In this document: positions 44,002 to 44,379 of the stretch, piece after piece | How the letters are laid out: every line of letters starts with the position of its first letter | Position numbering within the stretch: the stretch's first letter is position 1 | Source: Escherichia phage PEC9 | Sequence record: ON548431.1 | Direction: 5' to 3' (one strand) | Length of the DNA stretch: 44,379 nt | The notes under the pieces: model-generated | Databases searched by the model: none | What the model was told of the DNA's origin: nothing | The model's input: only the letters and a program-made list of their open reading frames with translations | Translations under genes and position numbers: made by a program

Positions 44002-44011
44002 ATTTTGCGCG

Positions 44012-44056
44012 CATTGGTTGCCATTTTGAGTGTTTTTAGCCGGTCGCATTGGTTGC
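44012..44056. promoter_or_regulatory. Two direct copies of CATTGGTTGC just downstream of primase stop
   Basis: Read at 44012-44021 and 44047-44056; reverse-complement copy GCAACCAATG at 44329-44338 on the far side of the repeat. Confidence 0.45.
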
Positions 44057-44108
44057 CGTGTAGTGTGAATATAATGCATAGTTATGCAATAAAACTGCAT
44101 AAAGTAAG

Positions 44109-44269
44109 CGGGACAAAAAGCGGGACAGACCAGGGGCGGGACAAAGCGGGACAGCACCCCTGTCCCGCCCCGGATGACGCGGCCTGGCGGGGAGCGGGAC
44201 AGGCGGGACAAAGCCCAGTCTTTCAGACTAGACGGGGGTCATTGGCCCCCCTCGTCTGAGACTGAATAA
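44109..44269. repeat. Second copy of the ~160-bp GGGACA-rich structured repeat (last 75 bp identical to 16376-16450)
   Basis: Left part 44109-44165 about 90 percent identical to 16290-16346; 29-bp divergent middle; right part 44195-44269 identical to 16376-16450. Confidence 0.75.
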
Positions 44270-44328
44270 AATCCGGGATTGCATAATACACGGCAGCACA
44301 TTGGAAATCGCGGTCGTCGCTGAACTAG

Positions 44329-44338
44329 GCAACCAATG
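44329..44338. promoter_or_regulatory. Recurrent motif GCAACCAATG, inverted relative to 44012-44056
   Basis: Read directly in the terminal non-coding region. Confidence 0.4.
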
Positions 44339-44379
44339 CGAGATGCAGAACGGGGTGTGAAAAATGCAGTTTGCAGTCA

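Noticed and set aside
44109-44269. Duplicated ~160-bp segments considered as direct terminal repeats marking genome ends
   Set aside because: The copies are 27.8 kb apart inside the window with unique genes on both sides, so they are internal repeats.

Overview
The window reads as an essentially complete (probably circularly permuted) genome of a tailed dsDNA bacteriophage with siphovirus-type organisation, host probably enterobacterial (inference from lambda-like tail genes and composition). Plus strand, 0.1-28.5 kb: small unknown genes, a holin/endolysin cassette, an HTH-metallophosphoesterase fusion, terminase small and large subunits, portal, head morphogenesis protein, overlapped Rz/Rz1-type spanins, scaffold, major capsid protein, neck proteins, major tail protein, G/GT-type tail chaperones with a -1 frameshift site, tape measure, lambda M/L/K/I/J-like tail-tip proteins and a tail fibre. 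Minus strand, 28.5-41.0 kb: replication, recombination and nucleotide-metabolism block (family A DNA polymerase, helicase, Cas4-like nuclease, SSB-like protein, VRR-NUC, two methyltransferase-like genes, HAD hydrolase, many small unknowns). Plus strand, 41.4-44.0 kb: HTH protein and primase-helicase. The most unusual signals are non-coding: two copies of a ~160-bp GGGACA-rich structured repeat (16.1-16.45 kb and 44.1-44.27 kb, last 75 bp identical) and a GCAACCAAT motif recurring at about 15 intergenic positions. Two minus-strand gene pairs embedded in the virion module (9.4-10.5 kb and 25.4-26.6 kb) look like accessory cassettes. No rRNA, tRNA, CRISPR array, integrase or transposase was recognised. 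All functional calls come from reading motifs in the translations and from gene order; no database search was run, and coordinates of short non-coding elements were counted by hand and may be off by a base or two.
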